Shown here: piece after piece, positions 29,520 to 40,605 of the stretch
Position numbering within the stretch: position 1 is the first letter of the stretch
Layout of the letters: each line of letters starts with the position of its first letter
NCBI GenBank assembly: GCA_965223425.1
Contig: OZ245003.1
Coordinates: 1,088,001-1,152,000 of the forward strand
DNA: 64,000 bases
Reading direction: 5' to 3'
Source: Nitrosopumilus sp.
Lineage (GTDB): Archaea > Thermoproteota > Nitrososphaeria > Nitrososphaerales > Nitrosopumilaceae
The notes under the pieces: generated by a model
What the model saw: the letters and a program-made list of their open reading frames with translations, nothing else
What the model was told of the DNA's origin: nothing
Database searches by the model: none
Position numbers and translations under genes: made by a program

Positions 29520-31963
29520 CAGTAGTTCCCAGATGTAGATTTGCCGCAACCGCAACTGGCATCGGTTCTACTTGCCTCGATCATTGACAAACAACTCGTT
29601 TCTGCTTGTAATATGCACAATAAACAACGCCATGGTGAGTTTTTTTCCCGCAGAAGACACTCTTCCGTGCCTCTTTCCTGCATCAAGGCAGAACCTGGCA
29701 ATCCTCCACAGGTTGTACAGCAGCAGCGGCAGGTAAAACATCAGCAGCCTCACAGCCAGGGAGTTGCTGCATGTCCTGCCCATGATCTCCTTTATGACGC
29801 GAAATCCCGTCTCGATGCCCCATCTTGCGGTACTGCTCCGGTATGATGCCTGTCATGGCCCTGGCACTCCTGATGGGAATGTTTGTTGCAAACGCAATGT
29901 ATTGCTCCTCTTCCCCCTCCTTTTTCTTCTTCTTCTTCCTGTCTCTTTTGACAATTACAAGGTTGTAGGTCACAGTTACGCCGTCTTTGTTGGTCATTGA
30001 CTGCTGCGATACCTGGCTTGCCTTTCCGTCCTTGTACATCTTGACTATCCTCTTGATCTTGGAGTTCATGATGACAGGCATGGTGTAGCGGCACCCGCCC
30101 TTTCCTGCCTCTGTCATGCAGTCAGCGCTGTAAAAGGCGCGGTCGTACAGGAACACATTCTTTGAGTGTGCGCCCCTCCTCTGAGGATTTTCGTGCGTGT
30201 TTTGGCTATAAAATCGGCCAGTTTCTCCTTTGCTGGCAGCAGCTGCGACTCTGGGACAGCCTGCGAGGAGTCCCTGCCGACTCCGTGCACTGCGACATAC
30301 GAGAGAAACGTGGATGTTCCTGTCCTTGGACGCGACTTTCTTGTATGCTCCTGCAGCTGTTCCCCATGGTATGGCGTGTCCGTAACGTCTATTGCAATGG
30401 CGTCGATGTCCTGCAGCATTCCTGCACGGCAGGCGTGCCGTACCGTGCGTGCCAGCGTCCTTGCACACCAGCCCTGCACGTCTGCCGGTTCGACGCCACG
30501 GACTGCAGACATGACCGGGCCTGCATCAGGCGTACGTGCACCCGTGTCTTGAAGCCTGTTGCGCCGTACGGGGGATTCTACAAACGTGTTTCTCTCAGAC
30601 GCCCTGATTGGCACGTCCAGTATGTCGCCGCATCCGTATACGGCGTTGTGCCTCTCAGACATTGGCATGCCAAGCTTTTGAAACGACGAGCGCAGGATTT
30701 TAAACCGGTTTGATGTTATATTGTACTGGTGTGCGATCAGATTGTCTTGTGTTTGAAGGGGGGTTGTCGCCAAATTCACATCAAGCTGCCACCACCTGAA
30801 TATTTCGCCTTGCGGCACACTCTAGACGGTTTAGCACCTCAAGGTTCCATCCTATTGTCTTGCACAGTCCAAACCGCCTTCTTGTGGATGTCTTTCTGAA
30901 CCTGCACAGCAGCCGGTGGCCCTCTGTCTCCTCTGCTCCAAATATTCCCTCTATCATGCCTCTTTTTTTGTAGATCTCCCCGTCAAACAGCCCTGCGGCC
31001 TTTTTCCTGAACTTTTTTGTTCTGTTCACTGCATTGCCCCTCTGTTTTATGTTCGGGGTCATGCCGGCACCAAAGACAAGCCTGCAGTTCCTATCAGAAT
31101 CATACCCCCTGTCTGCATTGAACCTGCCTGCAAAGGCAATGCCTGTCTTTTTGATCTTCTTTAGCAGCGAGGCAAAGACTGTAGTGTCTGCCATCCTGTT
31201 GGATGTGATGCGGCAGGAGTGTATGACCTGCAGGCCCAGTACCGAGGCCACGTGCCATTTCAGGTATTTCTTTTGACGCTTTGCCTCCTGTTGTGCCTGT
31301 TTTTGGCCTTTTTTTGCACCCTTTCATACCTGTCAGTGGCAACGCCGCTGCTGTCTGATGCCAGCGTGAGATCAGAGACGTCAAATCCTGCAAGGCACGA
31401 TGCTGCCGTGACGGCAACCATGTCCTCAAGCCACGCAACAGGAATCTTTTGCATGAACCTGGCAATGGTGCTGTGATCCGGCAGGGGTTCGTTCCACGGC
31501 ATCCTCAGCAGGGCTGCAAGATTCTCCATGTCCCTGAATGTAAAGTCAAGGCACACCGTGAGTATGCAGAGAAATGCAAGCTTGTTTTTGTCATGTACCG
31601 GTTTGCGCCCCGCACCAGACCTTCTGGCATGTACGGGACACGGATTTTTCACAATCAAAGAAACTATATGGGACGTGAGAAAATCCAGTTCTTGGGTGTG
31701 GGCATCGTGATAGTACTTCCAGTACTGATCACGTCTCTTATGGTATGTCATTGGGAAACCCACACCTCCCTGATCAATATGCGTGAAAAATCACAAAATT
31801 AGATCATTTGGTCGAATTTGGCGACAACCCCGTTTGAAGGCTCATGACATCTTGCACACCGTAACCTAATCTGGATCTTTGCATTGCAGTTATTATGCGG
31901 TAACGCACCGGCATCTGGGCATAAATCTACATCTGGGCATAAATCTACATCTGGGAACTACTG
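29520..31963 (-). mobile_element. ISH3-family element D (frameshifted transposase, interrupted by IS5)
   Basis: TIR cagtagttcccagatgtagattt at both ends. AIDVTDTPY, YDRAFYS and FATNI motifs lie in different frames. 18-bp subterminal repeats at 31912-31955. Confidence 0.85.
30760..31831 (-). mobile_element. IS5-family element, copy 1 (transposase frameshifted in a homopolymer near 31310)
   Basis: 18-bp perfect TIR ggggttgtcgccaaattc; 9-bp TSD gtttgaagg; SDSSG, ADRGYDS and R..IEG.FG motifs. Confidence 0.9.
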
Positions 31964-32427
31964 ATGTTACTTCTTTTGACAAAACAACCTCCCAATTCAT
32001 TTTTTGTGCGGTTTTTTCAGTTACACATGCATGATCTCCATTTGAGCGAATTACATGCACACGATTCTCGTTACACTGTATGTCCTCAGGCTCCGCCGTT
32101 TTTGATTTGCTACAACGGGGGGGAGATAATCAGAATACGATAAGAGAGCAAAGGAGACACACAACACAAGTACGGCAAGCAGTGGCAATCCTAAAATGGA
32201 TTTTCCATTCATTGAGGAATCTAAAAATTTAACTCATTAAAGCGATCCTACTGATCCGGTCTTCCCAGAAGTACCAGGTTTCCTTCTGAACTGTAACCCG
32301 TAATTCGTGATTCTACAGATTTTGGGCGTGTGTGATTCTTTGTAGTAGAAAGTTTCTCCTCTTGGTAATCTCTACGAAGTACTTCTGGGAAGATTGAAAA
32401 ATAAGTAAACTATTAAAGTATTATTCG

Positions 32428-33075
32428 TTGTCTAAACATATGTCCGATCCACAATCTGAATTAGATATTTTTAACAGAATATCAACAGAGCAAATTATTG
32501 AATTGGGTAATTATTTTGATGACAGTATTTTATCCCCCTCTCCTAATTTATCTAAATTAAAGAAGATTTTAGACAAGGATTTTGAAATAAGTAGTGTTAA
32601 AGAATTAATATCCATATTTTACAACTTTGCCATAAGTAAACGCAATCCAGATAAAATTTTTAAAATTATCACCACTTCAAAATTAGATGAAGACAAAAAG
32701 AAAATGTTAAAAGAAATTGTTCAAAAAATTCATGATAAAATTAATTTGGATGATGTGTCTATCAGCCTAACCGCTAATTTTCTTCATACATTTGGACATG
32801 CACATATTCATGGTTTTAAGACGGTCACAGAATTTAGACCAATTTCTAATGGAAGGGAGGGAATTAAAAAAATCATTCCTTCTTTAGTTGTAAGTATCAA
32901 TACCCATGAATCAGATAATGGTGTTGATAATGTGATTAACTTTCAATTAACTCTAAAAGATGCTAAAAAACTAATTGAGGAATTAAATAGTGGCTCTGAT
33001 TTATTAAAAACTGAAATACAAGATTTCCGTAATAAATTTGGTGAAGATATAATTGATCGAAAATATTTGGGATGA
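32428..33075 (+). CDS. Hypothetical protein, possibly COMM-domain (COMMD)-like
   Basis: 215-aa ORF: helical N-terminal ~120 aa, then a strand-strand-strand-helix pattern (PSLVVSINT...VINFQLTLKDAKKLIEEL). Confidence 0.55.
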   Translation: MSKHMSDPQSELDIFNRISTEQIIELGNYFDDSILSPSPNLSKLKKILDKDFEISSVKELISIFYNFAISKRNPDKIFKIITTSKLDEDKKKMLKEIVQKIHDKINLDDVSISLTANFLHTFGHAHIHGFKTVTEFRPISNGREGIKKIIPSLVVSINTHESDNGVDNVINFQLTLKDAKKLIEELNSGSDLLKTEIQDFRNKFGEDIIDRKYLG

Positions 33076-33508
33076 GTTGGAAGAAAAAACAACATTTAAA
33101 CAAAAAAATAAAGACATTAAACCATGGGATTTGGATAAGAGAGAATTTAATTTACATGATCTGCATATTTGGATCGAGGAGGACAGTAGACAAAACTTGA
33201 ATTGTTTTTATGATTTTGCTAAGGAAAGAAATGAATTACAAAACATTTCAACATCTAATGAACCAACAGACAATGAAAACATAAAAAATAAAAATGCCTT
33301 TGAGGATTTTGTAAAAACCAATTTGGAAAATCCTCAATTTAAAAATAAGTTTGTGGCATTTGTTGATGGAGAATTTCAAAATAGTGGAGATAAAAGAAAT
33401 GCGTTAATTGAAAAAATGTATGATAAATTTGGTAATGTAGACATGTATGTAGACAAAGTCACAGACCAAAAGAAAGTTGTTCTAATTGATACTCCTGAAT
33501 TTAATTGA
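33053..33508 (+). CDS. Hypothetical protein with C-terminal DUF5678-like motif
   Basis: FKNKFVAFVDGEFQNSGDKRNALIEKMYDKFG; immediately upstream of an aspartyl protease. Confidence 0.6.
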   Translation: MIENIWDELEEKTTFKQKNKDIKPWDLDKREFNLHDLHIWIEEDSRQNLNCFYDFAKERNELQNISTSNEPTDNENIKNKNAFEDFVKTNLENPQFKNKFVAFVDGEFQNSGDKRNALIEKMYDKFGNVDMYVDKVTDQKKVVLIDTPEFN

Positions 33509-33912
33509 CATTGAAATTTAGACATAACAAGGTAGACAATCCTAGCTCTTTGGTTCTAGATCTAACTGTGTGGAACAAATTTGGAAAATCTTCCCCAGAA
33601 AAAGGAAAAATAGATACTGGTGCAAGTCATACAGTGATACCAGATTACCTTGTCAATACTTTACATCTAAAAAAGACAAGAGAAACAGTTGTAAAAACTG
33701 TGAGTGGAATGGAATCAACACATTACAATTATTTTGTCAGTATTCAAATTGGCAACATAAAGTTTGATAGATTTGAAGTGGTCGCAATGCCAAAAGAATA
33801 TGTTCTTTTAGGCAGAGATTTAATTAATTTATGGAAGTTAGAAATAGATGGAGAATTTGAGACATATTCAATAGAACCTTGGTCAACAAATCCTGATGAT
33901 GTTAAAGAGTAA
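33505..33912 (+). CDS. Retropepsin-like (clan AA) aspartic protease
   Basis: IDTGASHTVIP active-site motif and LLGRDL. Confidence 0.85.
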   Translation: MTLKFRHNKVDNPSSLVLDLTVWNKFGKSSPEKGKIDTGASHTVIPDYLVNTLHLKKTRETVVKTVSGMESTHYNYFVSIQIGNIKFDRFEVVAMPKEYVLLGRDLINLWKLEIDGEFETYSIEPWSTNPDDVKE

Positions 33913-34183
33913 AAACGATTAGTTGAGACTTGGGCATAATGATTTGCAAGAATAAATCCAAATGATTAACAACAAAGCACTTTCTTTACAATCTAGGAAT
34001 CTCGTCATAATCACAGGACTTCTCCCATAAGAAATCATTTCCCAGTCTACGAACCTTTCTGTGTGCCTTTCCGAATCAGGATAGTTACACTTTGTATATT
34101 TTGATAATGAGACCTCAATGGAATCTGAGTGATACCCACATCCCTAAGAAAGAAAAGGTGTCAGACCTACCAGTACAACTTCC

Positions 34184-34263
34184 TAGTTTGTTGCATAACT
34201 TGGATCCTAGGCACGAAATTTACCCAACTTTTGACTGGATTAGGCGTGTTATGCAACAAACTA
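34184..34263. mobile_element. 80-bp MITE-like element with IS5-like ends
   Basis: Perfect 16-bp IR tagtttgttgcataac / gttatgcaacaaacta. Confidence 0.55.
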
Positions 34264-34388
34264 CGGCGAATCGTGTCCTTTAAGCATCGCATCTGCCATC
34301 CCAAACAGCTGTCTGAATGAAACGTCGAGGACTGTTCTCAGTACGGCTATCATCGACCTTGCCAATCCGAACCTGTGCTGGCATGACC

Positions 34389-35463
34389 GGGGTTGTTGCC
34401 AAATTCACATCTAAGCTGCCACCACCACAATATTCTGCCTTGCTGCACACTCCAAACGGTTTAACACCTCAAGGTTCCATCCTATTGTCTTGCACAGTCC
34501 AAACCGCCTTCTTGTGGATGTCTTTCTGAACCTGCACAGCAACCGGTGACCTTCTGTCTCCTCTGCTCCAAATATTCCCTCTATCATGCCTCGTTTCTTG
34601 TAGATCTCCACGTCAAACAGTCCTGCGGCCTTTTTCCTGAACTTTTTTGTTCTGTTCACGGCATTGCCCCTCTGCTTTATGTTCGGGGTCATGCCGGCAC
34701 CAAAGACAAGCTTGCAGTTCCTATCAGAATCATACCCCCTGTCTGCATTGAACCTGCCTGCAAAGGCAATGCCTGTCTTTTTGATCTTCTTTAGCAGCGA
34801 GGCAAAGACTGTAGTGTCTGCCATCCTGTTGGATGTGATGCGGCAGGAGAGTATGACCTGCAGGCCCAGTACCGAGGCCACGTGCCATTTCAGGTATTTC
34901 TTTTGACGCTTTGCCTCCTGTTGTGCCTGTTTCTGGCCTTTTTTTTGCACTCTTTCATACCTGTCAGTGGCAACGCCGCTGCTGTCTGATGCCAGCGTGA
35001 GATCAGAGGCATCAAATCCTGCAAGGCACGATGCTGCCGTGCAGGCAATGATATCTTCAAGCCATGCAACAGGAATCTTTTGCATGAACTTGGAGACAGT
35101 AGTGTGATCAGGTACGGGTTCGTCCCACGGCAGCTTAAGCTTGGATACAAGGTTCTCCATATCCCGGTATGTGTAGTTTAGACATACCATGAGTATGCAG
35201 ATGCATGCCAGCTTGTTCCTGCTGTGAACCCGGTTGCGTCCAGGACCGGACTGTCTGTCCCGGACAGGACACGGATTTTTCACAATCAAAGAAACTATAT
35301 GGGACGTGAGAAAATCCAGTTCTTGGGTGTGGGCCTCGTGATAGTACTTCCAGTACTGATCACGTCTCTTATGATCACTCATTAGAGAACTCACATCCTC
35401 TCTGATCAATATGTGTACAAAATCACAAAATTAGATCATGGGGGTGAATTTGGCAACAACCCC
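34389..35463 (-). mobile_element. IS5-family element, copy 2
   Basis: TIR ggggttgttgccaaattc; 9-bp TSD ggcatgacc. Confidence 0.9.
34411..35409 (-). CDS. IS5-family transposase (intact)
   Basis: PDHTT, SDSSG, ADRGYDS and YKKRGMIEGIFG. Confidence 0.9.
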   Translation of the reverse strand: MIREDVSSLMSDHKRRDQYWKYYHEAHTQELDFLTSHIVSLIVKNPCPVRDRQSGPGRNRVHSRNKLACICILMVCLNYTYRDMENLVSKLKLPWDEPVPDHTTVSKFMQKIPVAWLEDIIACTAASCLAGFDASDLTLASDSSGVATDRYERVQKKGQKQAQQEAKRQKKYLKWHVASVLGLQVILSCRITSNRMADTTVFASLLKKIKKTGIAFAGRFNADRGYDSDRNCKLVFGAGMTPNIKQRGNAVNRTKKFRKKAAGLFDVEIYKKRGMIEGIFGAEETEGHRLLCRFRKTSTRRRFGLCKTIGWNLEVLNRLECAARQNIVVVAA

Positions 35464-35472
35464 GGCATGACC

Positions 35473-36257
35473 TCTTGCGGTACATGCAGAGGAGACGATG
35501 TCCCTCTGCCTCCTCTACTGTCAGTAACTAACTTTCCCTGCGCACACCTTGGGCACATGCAGAGGAGACGATGTCCCTCTGTCTCCTCTGCCCCGAAGAT
35601 CCCCTCGATGAGTTCCCTGCCTGTACGTCTCCTCGTCAAAGAGCTGCGCTGCCCGCCTCCTGTGGAACTTGCCGCGGTTTGTTGCACCCCTTCTCTGCTT
35701 TTGATGTGTAGGGGATCATTCTCATCCCAAAGACCGTCTTGCAGTTCTTGCCAGAGTCGTATCTCATGTCAGCGCACAGTACGGAACCCACCAGCGGCAT
35801 GATTCGTCGACGCACATGCGCGCAGTCTGGGCAAGTATCAGATCCATCCATCCTGTCCTGATGCGCTGAAGGTACCTGGCAATCGTGGTGTGGTCAGGCA
35901 CCGGCTTCCTCCAAGGCAGGTCCCGGTGCGGCACCAGGTTCTGCATGTACCGGTACGTGGCATTCAGCATGACTGTCAGCATGCACACGCAATGCATCTT
36001 GGCATCAGAGCGGACTGCCTTGCGCCCCCCGGTGTTGTTTCTTGCCGGCGGGGAGGGGAGGAGGAGGAGGGGTTGTTTTTGATCAAAAAACTAATTTGTC
36101 TGTCAGGAATCTTAGTTCCTGTGTGTGCCAGATGGTAACTTTTCCAGTAACCATCTTTTCGTTTATTCATTGAAGGGGCACACACACTCCTGATCCAAAT
36201 GCGGCGCTGTCAAAAAGACGTAATTTGGCACTCAGAGGGAATTACGCAACAACTTCT
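35473..36257 (-). pseudogene. Degenerate IS5-family element
   Basis: Fragments PDHTTIARY, ADMRYDS and IEGIFGAEE in several frames; end gaattacgcaacaacttc near 36240-36257. Confidence 0.75.
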
Positions 36258-36449
36258 GATCATTGGCCAATTCAAAATACGTGGTAGGTTTTAGGTGTGT
36301 TGTGCAACAATAGGAGGAGGAGGGAAGTGAACTACTTTTAGGATCCCACACATCTGAAGATCGTGCAATATCTTAATGAATGGTGGATATAGTTGATCTC
36401 TTCAAAAGGGAGGGCATAAATTCTAGATTCTAAATAAAAAAATGAAACT

Positions 36450-37202
36450 ATGAGTGGTGAAACTGAAAGTACTTTCTCAAACTTTGGTGTTTATGTCATT
36501 AGTGAGGATCTTGAACTATCGCTTCCCAACACAACGATCAAAATTCAACGAATAGGGGAAAATGCTTTTTCATATTTTAGAAAAGACTCTGAAGGAAAAA
36601 TTGTAGAAAAAATGATTCCTGCAAAATCAAATGAAATCCAAATTGAGATGGCCCCTATACGGCCATTAAATCATCCAGCCAGACGAACTGGTTATGTTTT
36701 TTTGAAATTTGATAAAGAAATCTATCTTAGGGAGAATTCTGCTGCAAGTATTTTTGTTCATTGTCCAATTGAGGTTGGAATTTTTTTAATTGATGGATCT
36801 AATCGCGAATCTTTGGACTGGGTTACCTGTAACCCCATAAATTCTAGATTTGGCCTTTATGGCTCTCCTGACACCGGCACATTATGCAAATATGCCCAAG
36901 TATCATTGGCTACTGACTACAGTGACTCTGTTCCATATGTTGAAGGTGTCATGAAAATTATTATTGAAAATACTCTAAAAACTGGCCAAACAGTCAGTAA
37001 AGTGATTTTTCCAATCACTGACAACTCACTATATTATGAAGAATCAAAAACAATAGTTGATGGTATCAAAGTTACTCTTCGAAAGAGAGCAGCAGTCAGT
37101 ATTGCAGATATCAAAACTGATCCTGTTGATACGGACTGGACTAAATCCCCTACATGGGAAGACACCACTGTTAGTACCGCCATGGAGATGAGATTAGAAT
37201 AA
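36450..37202 (+). CDS. DUF432-like protein
   Basis: PIEVGI and LYGSPDTGTLCKY; typical partner upstream of MscS in archaea. Confidence 0.75.
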   Translation: MSGETESTFSNFGVYVISEDLELSLPNTTIKIQRIGENAFSYFRKDSEGKIVEKMIPAKSNEIQIEMAPIRPLNHPARRTGYVFLKFDKEIYLRENSAASIFVHCPIEVGIFLIDGSNRESLDWVTCNPINSRFGLYGSPDTGTLCKYAQVSLATDYSDSVPYVEGVMKIIIENTLKTGQTVSKVIFPITDNSLYYEESKTIVDGIKVTLRKRAAVSIADIKTDPVDTDWTKSPTWEDTTVSTAMEMRLE

Positions 37203-38026
37203 TGCCCTTAGAATTCCTTCAGAGTTTATCTGGCATGCAAATTGTTGGTACTCTGACTGTTCTCTCATTGTTGATTGGAGGAATTATCATGGCAATAGGC
37301 GTCATTGTTGCCAAAATTGCCAAACTATTGTTTTACAAATATTATGCGCCAACATTACCAAAAGATACTGCACAAAATCTCAGCAAATTAATTTACTTTG
37401 GAATAATAATACTCTCCTTTTTGGCATTCACATCAAGTCAGGGAATTGATCTATCTGGGTTGATGGTTGCAGGAGGAATCTTTGCCGTAGTGATTGGATT
37501 TGCAACACAATCAGTTGTTTCTAATTTAATTTCAGGTATTTTCCTTATTGTTGAAAAACCAGCAAAACATGGAGATACAATCCATCTGCCTGATATGGGA
37601 ATTTATGGAACCCTGTTAGATATTGGAACCTTTTCTAGCAGGGTTAGAAAGTTTGATGGAACCATAATTCGAATTCCTAACGAAAAATTCTTTACATCCA
37701 ATATTCGCTCGCTTACTGTTTCAGTCGTTCGAAGGGCAAAAGTATCGGTAGGAATTTCCTACAAAACTGACATTGAAAATGCAATATCTGTAATTAAAAA
37801 AGAGATTGAACTTAGCATGCCTTTTGTGCTTCGTGTTCCAGAACCTGAATTCTGGGTAAATGAACTTGGTGATTCAAGTGTAAATATTCAGGTGCTAGTA
37901 TGGCATCCTAAGGATGATTGGAGTCAGGCACAGCCCATCTTGCTTACTACAATAAAACGTGCATTAGACAGGGCCGGAATAGAGATCCCGTTCCCACAGC
38001 GTGTTGTTTGGGAAGCAAAAGACTAG
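37202..38026 (+). CDS. mscS: Small-conductance mechanosensitive channel
   Basis: IGFATQSVVSNLISG, IPN and GIEIPFPQR. Confidence 0.9.
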   Translation: MPLEFLQSLSGMQIVGTLTVLSLLIGGIIMAIGVIVAKIAKLLFYKYYAPTLPKDTAQNLSKLIYFGIIILSFLAFTSSQGIDLSGLMVAGGIFAVVIGFATQSVVSNLISGIFLIVEKPAKHGDTIHLPDMGIYGTLLDIGTFSSRVRKFDGTIIRIPNEKFFTSNIRSLTVSVVRRAKVSVGISYKTDIENAISVIKKEIELSMPFVLRVPEPEFWVNELGDSSVNIQVLVWHPKDDWSQAQPILLTTIKRALDRAGIEIPFPQRVVWEAKD

Positions 38027-38027
38027 T

Positions 38028-38324
38028 TTATGCAGTATTTGCGGCAACCTGTTTTTTCTCGCGTCTCTTCTTAATCAGGCTAAACATTATCATTCCAACG
38101 TTGATAATTGAAATAATTTCAATCAAGTCTACTCCGTACAAGAACCAATCAATAACTGGATGAACTCTTGATACAATCCCTGCCTCCAACATAATGTCTG
38201 CATTCCAAACCATGTGTGGAATTTGAATGAATTGTATTATTGCGATGACAATAACACTTCCTAGAATTTTATTCTCATACCATTTCCAAAATTTATTCCA
38301 TGCGTTCATGGTATCATTTGGCAA
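38028..38324 (-). CDS. Small membrane protein
   Basis: 98 aa with two TM segments. Confidence 0.65.
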   Translation of the reverse strand: MPNDTMNAWNKFWKWYENKILGSVIVIAIIQFIQIPHMVWNADIMLEAGIVSRVHPVIDWFLYGVDLIEIISIINVGMIMFSLIKKRREKKQVAANTA

Positions 38325-38422
38325 TTAATTCTATTAAACGCTCTGAAAATTAGATTCAACTAATTAGACCCTCCTAATTTTTTTAGGTGTAAAAACAATT
38401 AGTTAAAACTAATTAGTACAAA

Positions 38423-39811
38423 CTAATTTTCAGCTTTAATGTTTTCTTTTTTCATCCAGACTGTTCTGTCTTTGTGATCAATTAATTCAACATTCATTTC
38501 ATTTAGATCATCACGAACTTTATCTGCATCTTCAAATTGTTTTTCTTTTCTAAGCTGTTCTCTGCTTTGAATTAAATTATCTATTTCTTGTTTTTCATTT
38601 TCAGTCATTTCCGGAATGACCAATCCTAAAATTTCTGACATTCTCTTAAATTCTTTTTTAATTAACTGTGCATCCTCTCTCCCAAGCTTTTCTTCAGCTG
38701 CTAGTCTGTTGGCTTCTTTAACAAGTTGGAAAAATGCAGATAATGCAAGATGTGTGTTAAAATCGCCTTCTAATGCAGTATCAAACTTTGTTCCTGCTTT
38801 TTCAATAGTTTTGTTAACCTCTTCATGATTTTTGCTATCTGCATGAATTAGTTCATAATAGCATGTTTCAACCTGTCTCCATTTTATGAGATTCTCTTTT
38901 AGTAATTCTTCAGAATAGTCAATTGGTTTTGAATAGTGCCCTGACAAACAAAATAATCTAATGATGTTGGGGCCCCAGTTTTCTAATACATGACTGACTG
39001 ATTTTATATTTCCAAGTGATTTTGACATCTTTTCTCCGTTAATTGTTACCATCCCTACATGCATCCAAACTTTTGCAAATGGTGAATTTGCATATGATTC
39101 AGACTGAGCTATTTCATTTTCGTGATGCGGGAAAATCAAGTCTCTTCCCCCACCGTGAATATCAAAATTTTCTCCAAGATACTTTATGCTCATTGCAGAA
39201 CACTCAATATGCCATCCTGGCCTACCTTTGCCCCATGGACTATCCCATACAGGTTCGGCATCTGAGAACTTCCACAATGCAAAATCTAATGGATCGTTTT
39301 TTGATTCATCTATCTCAATTCTAGCTCCTGATTGCAGTCCGTCTATCCTCTTTTTTGACAGCTTTCCGTATTCCGAAAATTTTGATACTGAGAAATAAAC
39401 TCCATTTTTTGAAGCATATGCCGATTCTTTGTCAATTAATTTTTCAATGAACTTGATAATATCTTCTATATGCTCTGTAGCTTTTGGATAGTTTGTCGCA
39501 CGTTTTACATTTAACCCATCAAAGTCTTTAAAATAGTTATCAATGTATCTGCTGCTAATCGCTTCTGCAGTTGTGTTTTCTGTTTTTGCACGATTAATTA
39601 TTTTGTCATCTACGTCCGTAAAGTTTTGTATGAATTCAACCTCTGTCCCTTTTTCTTCCAAGTATTTTCTTAATACGTCAAAAACTATGATGGTTCTGGC
39701 ATGACCAATATGTGACTCGTCATACACGGTTACTCCGCAAAGGTAAATTCTGACTTTTTTTGAAATATCTAGCATCTGTTCAGAATTTGTTAGCGTATCT
39801 TGAAGGTTCAT
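38423..39811 (-). CDS. cysS: Cysteine--tRNA ligase
   Basis: CGVTVY, HIGH, GRPGWHIEC and KMSKS. Confidence 0.97.
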   Translation of the reverse strand: MNLQDTLTNSEQMLDISKKVRIYLCGVTVYDESHIGHARTIIVFDVLRKYLEEKGTEVEFIQNFTDVDDKIINRAKTENTTAEAISSRYIDNYFKDFDGLNVKRATNYPKATEHIEDIIKFIEKLIDKESAYASKNGVYFSVSKFSEYGKLSKKRIDGLQSGARIEIDESKNDPLDFALWKFSDAEPVWDSPWGKGRPGWHIECSAMSIKYLGENFDIHGGGRDLIFPHHENEIAQSESYANSPFAKVWMHVGMVTINGEKMSKSLGNIKSVSHVLENWGPNIIRLFCLSGHYSKPIDYSEELLKENLIKWRQVETCYYELIHADSKNHEEVNKTIEKAGTKFDTALEGDFNTHLALSAFFQLVKEANRLAAEEKLGREDAQLIKKEFKRMSEILGLVIPEMTENEKQEIDNLIQSREQLRKEKQFEDADKVRDDLNEMNVELIDHKDRTVWMKKENIKAEN

Positions 39812-39813
39812 GT

Positions 39814-40605
39814 TCATTCTCTATCTGGTTTATGTGATGGCAATCTTTTATGTTCGCTGTTTTTGTTCAGCCCCGCTATTTTTTCCACAACTGTCTTTTC
39901 AATTTGATTAATTTTTGCCGTTTCCCCCACTGATAATTTTTTGTCAAATAGGCAATACAGAATCGGATCCATTTCTTCATAGGACATGCCTAACTCATCT
40001 TCTGCCCCGTGGTTTTTCCATAGGTGAGGGCTGCTCTTTTTTGAGATGACATTATCTGGCACTCCAAGGTGTTTTGCCATTTCTCTTACCTGTAATTTGT
40101 ATAACGAGATAATTGGGGTAAGATCTGATGCGCCATCTCCAAATTTTGTAAAATATCCAATCAGATGCTCACTTTTATCACTGGAACCTAGAACTAGATA
40201 GTCTTTGATGTTGGCATAATAATACAAAATATTGGTTCTAATTCTTGCACGAAGATTTCCTTTAGCTTTCTCATTTGGCTCAAGATACATGGAATATTCA
40301 TTTACAATTGGTTTGACATCAATTAACTTGTATTCTATTCCTGTTAATGCAATCATTTTGAGTGCGTCTTCAGTTTCCGTTTTTGGCGTGATTGACGTGT
40401 CTGGCATTATTAATGCCAGTGTATTTTCTTTTAGTTTTGTCTTGCATAGATACGCTAAAACTGCCGAATCAATTCCTCCACTTAATCCTAAAATGACTCC
40501 TTTGGACTGATTTTTTTCTATTTGTTCTAGCAGAAACTTTTCAATTGTATTTGTAATTTCTGAATAGTCCTGATCTTTGATTTTATTAATGATATCTTGA
40601 TTCAA
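39814..40605 (-). CDS. nadE: NH3-dependent NAD+ synthetase
   Basis: GLSGGIDS and GYFTKFGDG. Confidence 0.95.
   Translation of the reverse strand: MNQDIINKIKDQDYSEITNTIEKFLLEQIEKNQSKGVILGLSGGIDSAVLAYLCKTKLKENTLALIMPDTSITPKTETEDALKMIALTGIEYKLIDVKPIVNEYSMYLEPNEKAKGNLRARIRTNILYYYANIKDYLVLGSSDKSEHLIGYFTKFGDGASDLTPIISLYKLQVREMAKHLGVPDNVISKKSSPHLWKNHGAEDELGMSYEEMDPILYCLFDKKLSVGETAKINQIEKTVVEKIAGLNKNSEHKRLPSHKPDRE

Noticed and set aside
31912-31955. Possible mini-CRISPR (also 9663-9706)
   Set aside because: These are 18-bp tandem units with no spacers, reiterating the ISH3 terminal sequence. No cas genes or arrays were seen in the window.
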